Shown here: positions 35,506-45,364 of the stretch, one piece after another | How the letters are laid out: each line of letters opens with the position of its first letter | Position numbering within the stretch: position 1 is the first letter of the stretch | Assembly (NCBI GenBank): GCA_045604625.1 | Contig: JAZUOJ010000119.1 | Coordinates: 1-45,709, forward strand | Origin: Acutalibacteraceae bacterium | GTDB lineage: Bacteria; Bacillota; Clostridia; Oscillospirales; Acutalibacteraceae | Length of the DNA: 45,709 nt | Direction: 5' to 3' | Made by a program: the position numbers and the translations under genes | The notes under the pieces: generated by a model | Database searches by the model: none | What the model saw: only the letters and a program-made list of their open reading frames with translations | Told to the model about the DNA's origin: nothing

Positions 35506-35763
35506 TTACTCACCCTTTTCGGTTTTATATGATTTAAGTGCCCTAGCAAGTTGGTCGGGGCAAGAGGTCGACTTAAAGCCGCAGGTTGTCCCCTCCAGAC
35601 GGCTTATAGCAAAATCAACGTCCATTCCCTCAACCAACGACGAAATACCCTTTAAATTTCCGTTACAGCCGCCCTCAAAGGCCACTGATTTTATAGTATT
35701 TCCCTCAATGTCGAGCGTTATTTTTCGGGAACATACCCCTACAGGTTTATATGTATATACCAT
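35506..35763 (-). CDS. TIGR03905-family 4-Cys TSCPD-domain protein
   Basis: ..Y.P.GVCS..I..D.E...I..V.F.GGC.GN..G...L..G........L.G..CG.K.TSCPDQLA.AL is the hallmark of the TIGR03905 family. Confidence 0.8.
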   Translation of the reverse strand: MVYTYKPVGVCSRKITLDIEGNTIKSVAFEGGCNGNLKGISSLVEGMDVDFAISRLEGTTCGFKSTSCPDQLARALKSYKTEKGE

Positions 35764-35782
35764 AGAAAATATTACTCCTGTC

Positions 35783-36163
35783 CTAAAAGGTTATTTTATT
35801 AAATTCGTCCCGCATATAGCGGCTGACGTCCGCAAACACGTTGCGATAGCGGCATATACCCTGCGGATGGGTGCATTCAGAAGGATCGTGCTGACAGCGG
35901 CTTACCGTAATGGGACCGCATATGGTTTCAACCACTTCCAGCAAGGTTATTTCCTCGGGGCTGCGAGACAGCACATAACCGCCCTTTGCCCCCTTAAAAG
36001 ATTCGACTATACCTGCCGACATAAGACGGCGCAAAATTTTTAGCGTAAACTGCGGTGTTACGCCGGTTTTCTCGGCTATTGTGCCCGCATCGGTCTTTTC
36101 CCGTCTTTCGGCAAGACAGGTTACAATGCGTATAGCATAGTCGGTTTCGTTATTGAAAAGCAT
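35783..36163 (-). CDS. Rrf2 family transcriptional regulator with three clustered Cys
   Basis: N-terminal winged HTH (..TDYAIRIVTCLA...) and a C-x6-C-x6-C cluster (CQHDPSECTHPQGIC), suggesting Fe-S ligation. Confidence 0.85.
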   Translation of the reverse strand: MLFNNETDYAIRIVTCLAERREKTDAGTIAEKTGVTPQFTLKILRRLMSAGIVESFKGAKGGYVLSRSPEEITLLEVVETICGPITVSRCQHDPSECTHPQGICRYRNVFADVSRYMRDEFNKITF

Positions 36164-36166
36164 TTA

Positions 36167-37243
36167 TTATCTATCCTTAAACTTATTACTGCGCACGGGA
36201 TGACGAAGCTTGCGAAGCGCCTTTGCCTCAATCTGACGAATACGTTCACGGGTAACGTTAAACTCACTGCCGACCTCTTCGAGTGTATGGCAGCGGCCGT
36301 CCTGCAGGCCAAAGCGCAGACGGATAACCGCCTCTTCACGGGAAGTGAGGGTGCGAAGAACGCTGTCGATATCCTCGTTGGTTATGGTCTTAAGCGCGGC
36401 TTCATCTGGTGCCAAAGCATCCTCGTCACGGATAAAGTCCATAAGACGGCTGTCCTCTTCGGGGCCTATGGGTGTTTCCATAGATACAGGCTCCTGTGCG
36501 ACACGCATTATTTCGCGTACACGCTCAACCGGAAGGTTCATCTTTTCGGCTATAAGTTCTTCGCTCGGTTCGTAGCCGTTTTCGTGAAGAAGCTGGCTTT
36601 GAATCTTTTTAAGTCTGTTGATGGTTTCTACCATATGAACCGGAATACGTATAGTTCGTGCCTGGTCGGCTATTGCACGGGTTATTGCCTGACGTATCCA
36701 CCAGGTTGCATAGGTTGAGAACTTGAATCCCTTTGTATAGTCAAACTTATCAACAGCCTTTATAAGACCTACGTTACCCTCTTGAATGAGGTCAAGGAAG
36801 TGCATTCCGCGACCAACATACTTCTTTGCGATACTTACAACCAGTCGAAGGTTGGCTTCGGTAAGACGTTTTTTAGCCTGCTCATCACCCTCAGCAATCT
36901 TCTCGGCAAGCTTTATTTCCTCATCACTGGAGAGGAGTGCTACCCTACCGATTTCGCGAAGATATACCTTTACCGGGTCATCAAGCGAGGTGTTTTCAAG
37001 CGTGATATCGTTATCAAGTTGCTCGGCATCAAGCTCTTCGAGTTTAAGCTCGTCCTCGGTCGGCTCTTTATCAAAGTCCAAATCGAGCAGAGGCGGCTCA
37101 CTAACCAGCGCATCAAGGTCATCGGGCGGGGTGCCGAAATCATCAAATTCTCCACCCGCGTCCTCAGCTGCTTGTGCCTCAGCCTTTTTTGCCTCTTCCT
37201 CTTCAAGCGCTGCCTGTGTATCCTTAATCTTATCTTTACCCAT
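36167..37243 (-). CDS. rpoD: primary RNA polymerase sigma factor (SigA/RpoD)
   Basis: Acidic region 1, region 2 (..[35 protein letters not shown]..) and region 4 (..[21 protein letters not shown]..). Confidence 0.97.
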   Translation of the reverse strand: MGKDKIKDTQAALEEEEAKKAEAQAAEDAGGEFDDFGTPPDDLDALVSEPPLLDLDFDKEPTEDELKLEELDAEQLDNDITLENTSLDDPVKVYLREIGRVALLSSDEEIKLAEKIAEGDEQAKKRLTEANLRLVVSIAKKYVGRGMHFLDLIQEGNVGLIKAVDKFDYTKGFKFSTYATWWIRQAITRAIADQARTIRIPVHMVETINRLKKIQSQLLHENGYEPSEELIAEKMNLPVERVREIMRVAQEPVSMETPIGPEEDSRLMDFIRDEDALAPDEAALKTITNEDIDSVLRTLTSREEAVIRLRFGLQDGRCHTLEEVGSEFNVTRERIRQIEAKALRKLRHPVRSNKFKDR

Positions 37244-37245
37244 AT

Positions 37246-39021
37246 TTATTCTCCCTTTTTATTACGGGCGATCTGCTGCATTTTTGCCGCCCAGTCATCT
37301 ATTGATAAATCTTTATCACCGACGGCACTTAAAGCTGCATTCTCTTCTAATATTACCTTAATGCAGTCGTTTAATACCGTTTTGGCGTTTTTTTCAGCCA
37401 ACACGCCGTTCTGTAACGATACAATATATCCCATTTCGGCCGGCGTAAACTGTTCACCCAAGAGTGACACGTCCACAGTCGGTCTGCCGCTGTCGAGTAT
37501 TCGGCAAACCTCGGCCAGCACACGCCGATTCAGTGACGTAATCATCTGCTCGGGGGACAGCCTGTCCTTAAACGCCGAATAATAGTCGGGGTGCGAAAGG
37601 AGTATTGCAATAATGCTTTCCTCCGCCTTGGCCGCACGCGGATACCGTCTACGGTCGGGATTTATGTCGTCGCTTTTATATCGCGGTGTAACAATTTCTT
37701 TTATTTCTTTCTTTTGTATCGTTTTATAATTGCGCTTGCGAATGCTCTGTATTTGCGACATAAGCGCGGTTTTGGTAACACCGTACTTCTCGCTCATACG
37801 GCCGGCGTAAAGGTCAACCGTCAAAGAATCGTTGACCGAGGCCAGTATTTCGGCCACGCGTTTTAAGTACTCAAGCCTGCCGTTGTCGGTCGACACGTCT
37901 ATATCACCGGCTGCCGTCAGCAGCTTGTACTCAATATCGCTTACTGCGCCGTCCAGCAAGGCACGGAATTTTGCGGCGCCGTTCTTCTTTATGTAATCGT
38001 CCGGGTCTTTTCCGTCGGGAATGACCAGCACACGAATATTTATGCCGCTGTCTTTTAGCGTTTCTATTGTGCGGCGCACCGCCTTTTGGCCTGCTTCGTC
38101 AGCGTCAAGCGTTACGACAATTTCTTTTGTATAACGCGCAAGCAGTTTTACCTGTTCTTCGCCAAACGCGGTGCCGAGCGCGGCCACAGCATTTGTAAAT
38201 CCCGCCTGATGAAGAGAAATAACGTCCATATTTCCCTCTACCAATATAATGCGGTCAGCACAATCGTTTTTTGCAAAATTAAGTGCAAACAGGTTCTGAC
38301 TCTTTTTATATACGGGTGTATCCTGCGTATTAACGTATTTCCCCGCCGCTTTGGTGTCGCCGGGGCGAACACGTCCGCTAAAGCCGATTACGTTTCCGCG
38401 AATGTTAAAAATCGGGAACATTACACGGTTACGGAAACGGTCGTAATAACTTCCGCGCTGGCTTTGCGATATGACGTTTGCCTGCACCATATCCGACACC
38501 GAAAAACCCTTAGATTTTAAATGCTTTAAAAGCATATCCCAGTCGTCGGGTGCGGCACCCAGACCGAAGCGTTTAATTGTGGCATCGGTTAGACCTCTGC
38601 CGTGCAGATAGTCGAGCGCCCATTTTCCGCCGGGCGACATTAAATATGAATAATAAAATCGCGCCGCTTCACGGTTTATTTCGTAAAGTCGGTTTTTAAG
38701 TTCCTGCATAGAGTTGTCGTAACCGTTTTCGGGTATTGTAATTCCCGAACGGTCGGCGAGCAGCTTTACAGCCTCTACGTAGTCAAGTCGTTCAATCAAA
38801 CTCGTAAAGGTTATAACGTCGCCACCCGAGCCGCAACCAAAGCAATAAAACGAACCGTTTTCCGGATACACGGTAAACGAAGGTGTTTTTTCGTTGTGGA
38901 ACGGGCAAAGTCCTACAAGGTTTTTCCCCCTGCGCTTTAGATTATCGTACTGTGAAATAACCGATTCAATATCGTTACGGTATTTTATTTCAAGTTTTAA
39001 ATCTTCACTTATTGAGGGCAA
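37246..39021 (-). CDS. dnaG: DNA primase
   Basis: Zinc ribbon (..[12 protein letters not shown]......Y.CFGCG.GGD..), a TOPRIM domain (..LVEG.MD..) and a C-terminal DnaB-interaction domain. Confidence 0.95.
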   Translation of the reverse strand: MPSISEDLKLEIKYRNDIESVISQYDNLKRRGKNLVGLCPFHNEKTPSFTVYPENGSFYCFGCGSGGDVITFTSLIERLDYVEAVKLLADRSGITIPENGYDNSMQELKNRLYEINREAARFYYSYLMSPGGKWALDYLHGRGLTDATIKRFGLGAAPDDWDMLLKHLKSKGFSVSDMVQANVISQSQRGSYYDRFRNRVMFPIFNIRGNVIGFSGRVRPGDTKAAGKYVNTQDTPVYKKSQNLFALNFAKNDCADRIILVEGNMDVISLHQAGFTNAVAALGTAFGEEQVKLLARYTKEIVVTLDADEAGQKAVRRTIETLKDSGINIRVLVIPDGKDPDDYIKKNGAAKFRALLDGAVSDIEYKLLTAAGDIDVSTDNGRLEYLKRVAEILASVNDSLTVDLYAGRMSEKYGVTKTALMSQIQSIRKRNYKTIQKKEIKEIVTPRYKSDDINPDRRRYPRAAKAEESIIAILLSHPDYYSAFKDRLSPEQMITSLNRRVLAEVCRILDSGRPTVDVSLLGEQFTPAEMGYIVSLQNGVLAEKNAKTVLNDCIKVILEENAALSAVGDKDLSIDDWAAKMQQIARNKKGE

Positions 39022-39024
39022 ACG

Positions 39025-40032
39025 CTACACCTCCCAACACTTGGGGATAAAAATATCCGAATACACCGTTATGGCGTAGTGGTCGGTCATACCCGAAACA
39101 TAGTCTATCGCTGCGCGGGCAATACCCTCACGCTCAAGCACGGCGGCATATTCACCCTTAAGCTTTTCAGGATGAGATAAAAGGTGAGAATATATTCCCG
39201 TCAGTATACCGTCGACCTTGCTTTCTTCGCCCTTGGCTTTTGGGTTTGTATAAACAGAAGAAAACAGAAAATCGTGAAGCTCGGTAAAGCAGGCAGCGGT
39301 TTCGTCGTCCATCTTTATATCGCAGTCGCTGTTGCGAACAACAGATTCAACCATTTTACTTATACGGGCACTTTTAGTCGTGCCGAGAAATTTAACAATA
39401 TGAGGCGGTATATCCGACGCAGAGATAATACCTGCGCGCACCGCGTCGTCAATATCGTGGTTTATGTATGCGATGCGGTCAGACATTCTGACAACCCTGC
39501 CCTCAAGCGTGCGGGGCTGCTTGCCGCGCGTATGGTTTAATATTCCGTCCAGCACCTCGTCGGTGAGGTTAAGTCCTCTTCCCTCGCGTTCGAGATACTT
39601 GCACACGCGCACACTCTGTTCAAAGTGGGTAAACGGAAAATCGGCGCATTTATCCAACGCGCGTTCACCGGCGTGTCCAAAGGGGGTGTGGCCCAGGTCG
39701 TGTCCGAGCGCAATTGCCTCGGTCAGGTCTTCATTAAGGCGAAGCGAACGCGATATGGTACGCGCAATCTGAGATACCTCAAGCGTGTGGGTTAGTCGGG
39801 TACGGTAATGGTCAGATTCGGGTGCTAAAAAAACCTGGGTTTTGTGTTTGAGTCGGCGGAACGCCTTACAGTGAATTATACGGTCGCGGTCACGTTGAAA
39901 CACGGTACGCAGGTCACATTCCGGTTCATATACTTCGCGTCCCCTGCTTTCACAGCTTCTTACGGCGTTGGGCGACAGGGTCTCGTTTTCTATGCGTTCG
40001 GTTGTTTGTCTGATACTTTCCATTACTTTCAC
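39025..40032 (-). CDS. dgt: dGTP triphosphohydrolase-like HD-domain protein
   Basis: ..F.RDRDRIIH...FRRL..KTQVF.......YRTRLTH.LEV.QI.R.. and ..GHDLGH.PFGH.GE.. Confidence 0.85.
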   Translation of the reverse strand: MKVMESIRQTTERIENETLSPNAVRSCESRGREVYEPECDLRTVFQRDRDRIIHCKAFRRLKHKTQVFLAPESDHYRTRLTHTLEVSQIARTISRSLRLNEDLTEAIALGHDLGHTPFGHAGERALDKCADFPFTHFEQSVRVCKYLEREGRGLNLTDEVLDGILNHTRGKQPRTLEGRVVRMSDRIAYINHDIDDAVRAGIISASDIPPHIVKFLGTTKSARISKMVESVVRNSDCDIKMDDETAACFTELHDFLFSSVYTNPKAKGEESKVDGILTGIYSHLLSHPEKLKGEYAAVLEREGIARAAIDYVSGMTDHYAITVYSDIFIPKCWEV

Positions 40033-40088
40033 CCCTTTATTTATGTTATTAGCTTTTTTTATCGGAAATACTTTATTTTCGTGTAAAA

Positions 40089-40703
40089 TTATACGGGAAC
40101 TACTTTTTCACCCGTTTTTTCGAGTCGTACACGGTCTAAAAATGTTTTTTCCACCGTATTTAAAAACTCGTCTTCGCACTCGGTTTTTATAATAACCGAA
40201 AGCTGCACCTTATCTGTAAAATCATTTTGCTCGATAGCGCCGAAGCGGGAAATAATTTTAGCGAGATAATCAAAATCGGGATAGGCACAACTAACCGAGT
40301 ACTGACAACAGGGCTGCATTTTAACAATAACGGCATTGCCGAGCGCCTCTTTAGTAGCGGCAGAATAGGCGCGAACAAGGCCGCCCGTGCCAAGCAGCAC
40401 ACCGCCGAAATAACGCGTTACAACGACGCAAACGTCGTAAATTTCACTACCCTCGATAATATCGAGCATAGGCTTGCCCGCGGTACCGTGCGGCTCACCA
40501 TCATCTGACGAACGCGATATTCCCGAATGCAGGACGTATGCAAAGCAGTTGTGTTTTGCATCGTGATACTCTGCCCGTTTTTTGGCTATAAAATCGAGCG
40601 CATCCTGCTCACTGTCTATATGTACGGCGGCGGCGATGAATCGCGAACGCTCAACCGTTATTTCACCTTCACATTCTCCCATTAAGGTAACATAAGAATC
40701 CAT
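40089..40703 (-). CDS. yigZ: YigZ family (IMPACT/UPF0029) protein
   Basis: ..I..SRFIA......S...A..FI.......DA.HNC.AY....... SDDGEP.GTAG.P.L motif. Confidence 0.85.
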   Translation of the reverse strand: MDSYVTLMGECEGEITVERSRFIAAAVHIDSEQDALDFIAKKRAEYHDAKHNCFAYVLHSGISRSSDDGEPHGTAGKPMLDIIEGSEIYDVCVVVTRYFGGVLLGTGGLVRAYSAATKEALGNAVIVKMQPCCQYSVSCAYPDFDYLAKIISRFGAIEQNDFTDKVQLSVIIKTECEDEFLNTVEKTFLDRVRLEKTGEKVVPV

Positions 40704-40730
40704 TTTTTCGCCGCCCTTCGCAGAATTTTT

Positions 40731-40765
40731 TTAAAAATAATACCGCATCCTAAACGGATGCGGTA
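40731..40765 (-). terminator. rho-independent terminator after rpmE
   Basis: Stem TACCGCATCC / GGATGCGGTA. On the minus strand it is followed by TTATTTTT, and it lies 15 nt after the rpmE stop. Confidence 0.75.
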
Positions 40766-40780
40766 TTTTAGCATTAGTTT

Positions 40781-40981
40781 TTACTTCATGCCGAAACGCT
40801 TATTGAAACGGTCAACACGGCCACCTGTATCTACCAGCTTCTGTCTGCCGGTGAAAAACGGATGACATTTTGAGCAGATATCAAGACGAATGTTCTGCTT
40901 GGTCGATCTTGTTTCGAACTCAGCGCCGCAAGCACACTTAACTACTACATTTTCATACTGCGGATGAATACCCTGTTTCAT
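40781..40981 (-). CDS. rpmE: 50S ribosomal protein L31 (CxxC zinc-ribbon form)
   Basis: [19 protein letters not shown]......D.CS.CHPF.TG.QK.VDTGGRV..F..RF. The ATG at 40981 follows AGGGGTGA; the track ORF begins at 41044 inside the promoter. Confidence 0.95.
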   Translation of the reverse strand: MKQGIHPQYENVVVKCACGAEFETRSTKQNIRLDICSKCHPFFTGRQKLVDTGGRVDRFNKRFGMK

Positions 40982-41015
40982 ACCGTCACCCCTTTCAAAT
41001 CTCGATAACATACAG

Positions 41016-41044
41016 ATGATAACACATACTTTCAAAAAATGCAA
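41016..41044 (-). promoter_or_regulatory. sigmaA-type promoter of rpmE
   Basis: On the minus strand: TTGCAT (41044-41039), a 17-nt spacer, TATCAT (41021-41016). Confidence 0.4.
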
Positions 41045-41058
41045 GAAAAATTTTTAAG

Positions 41059-41667
41059 TTATCTAATTTTTCTTAATTTATTTTTCAGCGTTTCATATAG
41101 CTCGACAATTTTAAACCGCATTATAAACCGCGAACTGTTTTTTGCGACCGTAACGGCGCTGTTTCCTGCCGTGTCCGAAAGGTCGCCTGCCGCGCCCACG
41201 CATATACTGGGAAACAAAACGCACCACCAGTTTTTACCCTTCGCCTCCCCTATTTCAATTTTAAGCGCATCATACACGCCTGCGGGCAGGGTAAAATCGT
41301 CATAAACCCGGGTATCAAAGAAAGATTTTTCTACCGAAACGGTAACTTTAGAATCATATCCGGCATCGCGCACGGTGGTTTGTGCTATATTCGTTATAAC
41401 CGGTATATTACTGTTTGCCGAGGCTATAGCCTCCTCTAAGGTATCGGCGCCTAAAAACAGCTCCCCGCTTTCTCGCAGTATGGCATCCCGCACCAGAAGC
41501 TTTAGACTTTGGTCCTCTGCTGAGTCGGAATTTGCAATTATATGAAGACGAAAAACATTTTTTCTTAAATCCTCACAACTGGCCTCAAAACTGACCAAAG
41601 ACAATAGTATAGAGAATACTAGTGAGAACGCAAGTGAGACGTTAAAAATTTTAAACTTACTTTTCAA
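41059..41667 (-). CDS. spoIIR: stage II sporulation protein R
   Basis: ..FRLHIIANSDS.EDQ.LKL.VRDA.L.. signature after a signal-anchor sequence. The TTG at 41667 is 7 nt from AGGAG; the track uses the TTG at 41685. Confidence 0.85.
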   Translation of the reverse strand: MKSKFKIFNVSLAFSLVFSILLSLVSFEASCEDLRKNVFRLHIIANSDSAEDQSLKLLVRDAILRESGELFLGADTLEEAIASANSNIPVITNIAQTTVRDAGYDSKVTVSVEKSFFDTRVYDDFTLPAGVYDALKIEIGEAKGKNWWCVLFPSICVGAAGDLSDTAGNSAVTVAKNSSRFIMRFKIVELYETLKNKLRKIR

Positions 41668-41712
41668 AAAAATCACTCCTGTCAAAGCATTTATTGACAG
41701 AAGTGAGAATTT

Positions 41713-43047
41713 TTATTCACACACCGAAGGGCAAACGTAAACTTCCCTGTACTTTTTCCTGAGTTTTAAAGCGCAATTCCCGGCCGATTCTTCGTCCGAA
41801 AAAAGGCCGAAAACGGTAGGTCCGCTTCCCGAAAGGCAGGCAGAAAGGGCACCGCATTCCAACAAATCATTCTTAATAAGAGAGCAGTCGCAAACGTTTT
41901 CAAAATCATTAAATATAAGTTTTGACGCCTCAAAAGCCCTGCCCTCACTCAGCATTGTGCAAAACTCGTCCACCACACCCGTGCGGTCGCAAAGTCCATT
42001 CTTATCAAGTTGTGAATACATTTCACCCGTAGACATCTTTGTACCGTGCTTTACAAGCACGAAAAATCCCGAAAAGTCGGAACACGGGTTTAACTTTTCG
42101 CCTTTACCGTCTACGCGCTGCGTTCCGCCCCTTATAAAAAACGGTACATCGGAGCCGAGAGAAATTGCCATATCTTCAAGCTGGCTTTGAGAATACGGCT
42201 CGCCGTAAAGCGTATTAAGCGCTCGCAACACGCCTGCCGCATCGCTGCTGCCGCCGCCGAGTCCCGCAGCCATAGGAATACGTTTTTTGATTTTTATATA
42301 AGCGCCGCCGAAATCGGAAAAAAGTTTTGCAGCCTTATAGCAGATGTTATCCTCACCCGCCGGCGCACGGTCTGATTTTACGACAACGTTTTCATCCCGT
42401 CTTACCGTTATGGTGTCGTAAAGTCCCACCGTCTGCATAACGGTAGAAATTTCGTGAAAGCCGTCTTCTCGTTTCCCTGGAACCGACAGCACAAGATTAA
42501 TCTTGGCGGCAGCGGTAATAACAAGTTTTTTTGCATAACCGCGATAGCGCCAAAAAGCCACAAGCACCGAAACAATGTTTATTATTTCGGTAATAATACC
42601 CGAATGGGAATTAACCGAGAGGTTATAAAAAAGCCAGCACGGACTTACTATAAACAGTTGATAATACCTAACTATGCGCACACTGGGTGAATATAGCATA
42701 AACGCCGTAGCAACCGATGCCACGGTAATAACAATACCGTATTTATCGCCAAGGCAAATTGTGGCGATGCCGACCGCACCGTAAACTACGGCAAACAGGT
42801 AAACCCAAAAGCGCTTTTTTGCAAATTCTTTTCCCTCTGCACGATAAAAGCAGAGTATGCAGTTTATAAGTCCTACCGTGTTAAGCGCGGCACCGCTAAA
42901 GCCCATCAACATAACGTAATGGGTTGAAAAAAGCAGCTTCATAGCTATTTGGAAAGCGTAAAAGCGTTTACCGGTGTTAAACTGGAACGAAAGCACCGAT
43001 GCAACAAGCCCGAAATAACCTATAAGCTGTGCTACTGTTTCATACAT
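41713..43047 (-). CDS. ispE: in-frame fusion of a YgjV-like inner-membrane domain (aa 1-170) with 4-diphosphocytidyl-2-C-methyl-D-erythritol kinase IspE (aa 172-444)
   Basis: The N-terminal half has 5-6 TM helices resembling the YgjV family. From ..AAKINL.L.V.GKR.DG.H.. onward it is a typical full-length GHMP-kinase IspE (..PMAAGLGGGSSDAAG..). There is no in-frame ATG at the junction (see findings). Confidence 0.75.
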   Translation of the reverse strand: MYETVAQLIGYFGLVASVLSFQFNTGKRFYAFQIAMKLLFSTHYVMLMGFSGAALNTVGLINCILCFYRAEGKEFAKKRFWVYLFAVVYGAVGIATICLGDKYGIVITVASVATAFMLYSPSVRIVRYYQLFIVSPCWLFYNLSVNSHSGIITEIINIVSVLVAFWRYRGYAKKLVITAAAKINLVLSVPGKREDGFHEISTVMQTVGLYDTITVRRDENVVVKSDRAPAGEDNICYKAAKLFSDFGGAYIKIKKRIPMAAGLGGGSSDAAGVLRALNTLYGEPYSQSQLEDMAISLGSDVPFFIRGGTQRVDGKGEKLNPCSDFSGFFVLVKHGTKMSTGEMYSQLDKNGLCDRTGVVDEFCTMLSEGRAFEASKLIFNDFENVCDCSLIKNDLLECGALSACLSGSGPTVFGLFSDEESAGNCALKLRKKYREVYVCPSVCE

Positions 43048-43619
43048 TACTCTGCCGCCTTTTCTATTGCCGCGCGAACGGCATCTGCCCCGTCGCCCGA
43101 AAGTGCCGAAAAGGGTATAAAATCATCATTACCCAGAATTTCGCGCATGCGGTCACAGGAGTTTTTGTATTCGGTTTTATTGAGTTTGTCGCTTTTGGTA
43201 AGCACAACCGTAAACGGTGTGCCGGTAGCCCTTAAAAACTCTATCATATCAAGGTCGAACTGTGACGGCTCGTGGCGCATATCAATAAGCTGAAAGGTCA
43301 TTTTAATGTTTCTTCCGCTTTTAAAATAATTCTCCATAAGCCCCGCCCAGCGAATTCGCTCACCGTCGCTTACCTTTGCATAGCCGTAACCCGGCAGGTC
43401 TACAAGGCGTATTTTATCCAAACGATAAAAGTTTATTGTAACGGTCTTGCCGGGCTTGGTACTTACACGTGCAAGATTTTTTCTGCCCAGCACCCTGTTT
43501 ATCAGTGAAGATTTGCCGACATTCGAACGGCCTGAAAAGCAGATTTCCGCCATATCGGACGGCGGCATTTGTTTTTCGGTTCCGAATGCCGCTTCGAAAG
43601 CCGCACTGCTGTAATTCAT
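43047..43619 (-). CDS. engB: ribosome biogenesis GTPase EngB/YsxC
   Basis: ..GRSNVGKSSLIN.. G1, ..DLPGYGYA.. G3 and ..TKSDK.. G4 motifs. Its stop overlaps the downstream ATG (TAATG). Confidence 0.9.
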   Translation of the reverse strand: MNYSSAAFEAAFGTEKQMPPSDMAEICFSGRSNVGKSSLINRVLGRKNLARVSTKPGKTVTINFYRLDKIRLVDLPGYGYAKVSDGERIRWAGLMENYFKSGRNIKMTFQLIDMRHEPSQFDLDMIEFLRATGTPFTVVLTKSDKLNKTEYKNSCDRMREILGNDDFIPFSALSGDGADAVRAAIEKAAE

Positions 43620-43630
43620 ATAACGTCCTC

Positions 43631-44347
43631 CTAAAACAACTGGTTATACTCCGCTGATTGCGCCATACTGACATAATCGTCATCGGTGACAATAATATGA
43701 TCGGCAAGGGTTATACCTACCTGACGTAGGGAGCTTATAAGTCCTTTTGTTATTTCAATATCAATAGCCGAGGGCAAGGCTATTCCGCTTGGGTGGTTGT
43801 GTGCCAATATAACGATATTTGCACCGCATTTGATAGCTATTTCAAGAATGCGACGCGTACTGATACCGACCGACGCAATATCACCCTCGCCGATAAATTC
43901 AAAAGAAAGCACCTTTCCGCTGGGTTTGATACATAGAAGCGATGCCCATTCGCCCTTCCTCATAGTATAGCGGGCTTTTAAATATTCACCTATTTCATCG
44001 GTAGAATGCATTTCATCCTTAGAATCTGTTTTCTCCATAGCAAATCGCTTGGTTACCAGCGCATATACCCTAAAGAGGGCAACGGTATTTTTTGTTATAC
44101 CGTCTATCTTTAACAGTTCTTCATCGGGCGCGCACAGCACCGCGCCTAAACTTCCGAAATGGTTTATAAGTCTGTGGGCTATCGGGTTTGTGTCGCGTCT
44201 GGGCACGGAAAAATACAAAAGCGCTTCAAGCAAAATATGCGGCGGGGAATTTTCGTTTATGGTACCCGCTAAAATCTGCTGTTTTACCCTTTCGCGGTGT
44301 CCGGCGTGCAGGTTTTCTTCTTTATTTTTAATGTTTTTATCGCTCAT
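43631..44347 (-). CDS. radC: RadC-family JAB-domain protein
   Basis: N-terminal HhH-like part (..GHRERV...) and a C-terminal JAMM motif (..ILAHNHPSG...PS..D...T..). Confidence 0.85.
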   Translation of the reverse strand: MSDKNIKNKEENLHAGHRERVKQQILAGTINENSPPHILLEALLYFSVPRRDTNPIAHRLINHFGSLGAVLCAPDEELLKIDGITKNTVALFRVYALVTKRFAMEKTDSKDEMHSTDEIGEYLKARYTMRKGEWASLLCIKPSGKVLSFEFIGEGDIASVGISTRRILEIAIKCGANIVILAHNHPSGIALPSAIDIEITKGLISSLRQVGITLADHIIVTDDDYVSMAQSAEYNQLF

Positions 44348-44413
44348 TTACTGCACACCCTTTCTTTTTTTAGAAATTTATGTTATACTAACCGTTAGAA
44401 TTGAGGTTGGAAA

Positions 44414-45364
44414 ATGAAAAGCTTTAAAATAGGCCCCAACGATGCGGGCCAACGACTGGACAAGTTCATAAGCAAGGCTATTCCCTCGCTGCCCAAATCA
44501 CTTATGTATAAATACATACGACTTAAACGTATAAAGGTTGACGGAAAGCGTGCCGAAATAAGTACAAGGCTGTGCCTCGGAAGCACCGTCGACGCGTATA
44601 TAAACGACGAATTTTTCGCCCCCGTAGAGCAAAAGCTGGATTTTATGTCGGCTTCGCGCTCGCTCGAAATTGTATATGAGGACGAAAACATTTTGCTTGC
44701 CGACAAAAAACAGGGCGTTTTATCGCACCCCGACGAAAACGAGTATAATGACACTCTTATTTCGCGCATACAGCGTTATCTCTATGAAAAGGGCGAATAT
44801 GACCCCGCGAGTGAAAACAGCTTTAAACCCGCGCTTGCAAACAGAATAGACCGAAACACCGGCGGTATAGTTATTGCGGCAAAAAACGCCGAGGCACTCC
44901 GCATACTGTGCGACAAAATAAAATACCGCGAAATGGACAAGTTTTATTTAGCGGTCGTACACGGCACACCAAAAAAACCCGAAGCTGTACTTGAGGGTTA
45001 TCTCGAAAAAAACGAAAGTGAAAACCGTGTGTTCATAAAAAGCAAAATGACCGCCGACACACGCACAATTAAAACCCATTACCGAGTGCTTAAATCAAAG
45101 AACGGTCTTTCCCTGCTCGAGGTTGAGCTGCTTACAGGACGCACACACCAAATACGCGCCCATTTAGCGTCTATCGGCCACCCGCTGTTGGGTGACGGAA
45201 AGTACGGTCAAAACGCTGAAGACCGCAAAAAAGGATTTAAACATCAGGCACTTTATTCATACAAGCTTCGGTTTAATTTTACTACCGACGCGGGTATACT
45301 TTCCTACCTGAACGGCAAAACCTTTACGGTTAAAAAGGTTTGGTTTGCCGATGAATTGTTTTAA
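44414..45364 (+). CDS. RluA-family pseudouridine synthase with N-terminal S4-like domain
   Basis: ..QRLDKF... S4-like start, catalytic ..NRIDRNTGGIV.. and ..GRTHQIRAHL.. motifs. Confidence 0.9.
   Translation: MKSFKIGPNDAGQRLDKFISKAIPSLPKSLMYKYIRLKRIKVDGKRAEISTRLCLGSTVDAYINDEFFAPVEQKLDFMSASRSLEIVYEDENILLADKKQGVLSHPDENEYNDTLISRIQRYLYEKGEYDPASENSFKPALANRIDRNTGGIVIAAKNAEALRILCDKIKYREMDKFYLAVVHGTPKKPEAVLEGYLEKNESENRVFIKSKMTADTRTIKTHYRVLKSKNGLSLLEVELLTGRTHQIRAHLASIGHPLLGDGKYGQNAEDRKKGFKHQALYSYKLRFNFTTDAGILSYLNGKTFTVKKVWFADELF

Noticed and set aside
35487-35549. Extended start of the 173-aa hypothetical protein, overlapping the TIGR03905 gene by 44 nt
   Set aside because: The internal ATG at 35486 gives a 19-nt intergenic gap, consistent with the spacing elsewhere in the operon. 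I did not see a clear RBS for the ATG at 35549, so this remains a judgement call.
36782-37582. Long plus-strand ORFs (266 aa, and a Ser-rich 191 aa at 36786-37361) opposite rpoD/dnaG
   Set aside because: These are shadow ORFs antisense to two unmistakable, highly conserved genes. Their low-complexity Ser/Leu composition is what the reverse frame of an acidic Glu/Asp/Leu-rich region produces, and there is no RBS.
43631-44347. radC as a marker of a mobile or defence island
   Set aside because: It is flanked by housekeeping genes (engB, an rluA-family gene). No integrase, repeats or toxin-antitoxin partners are present, so it looks like the chromosomal radC.
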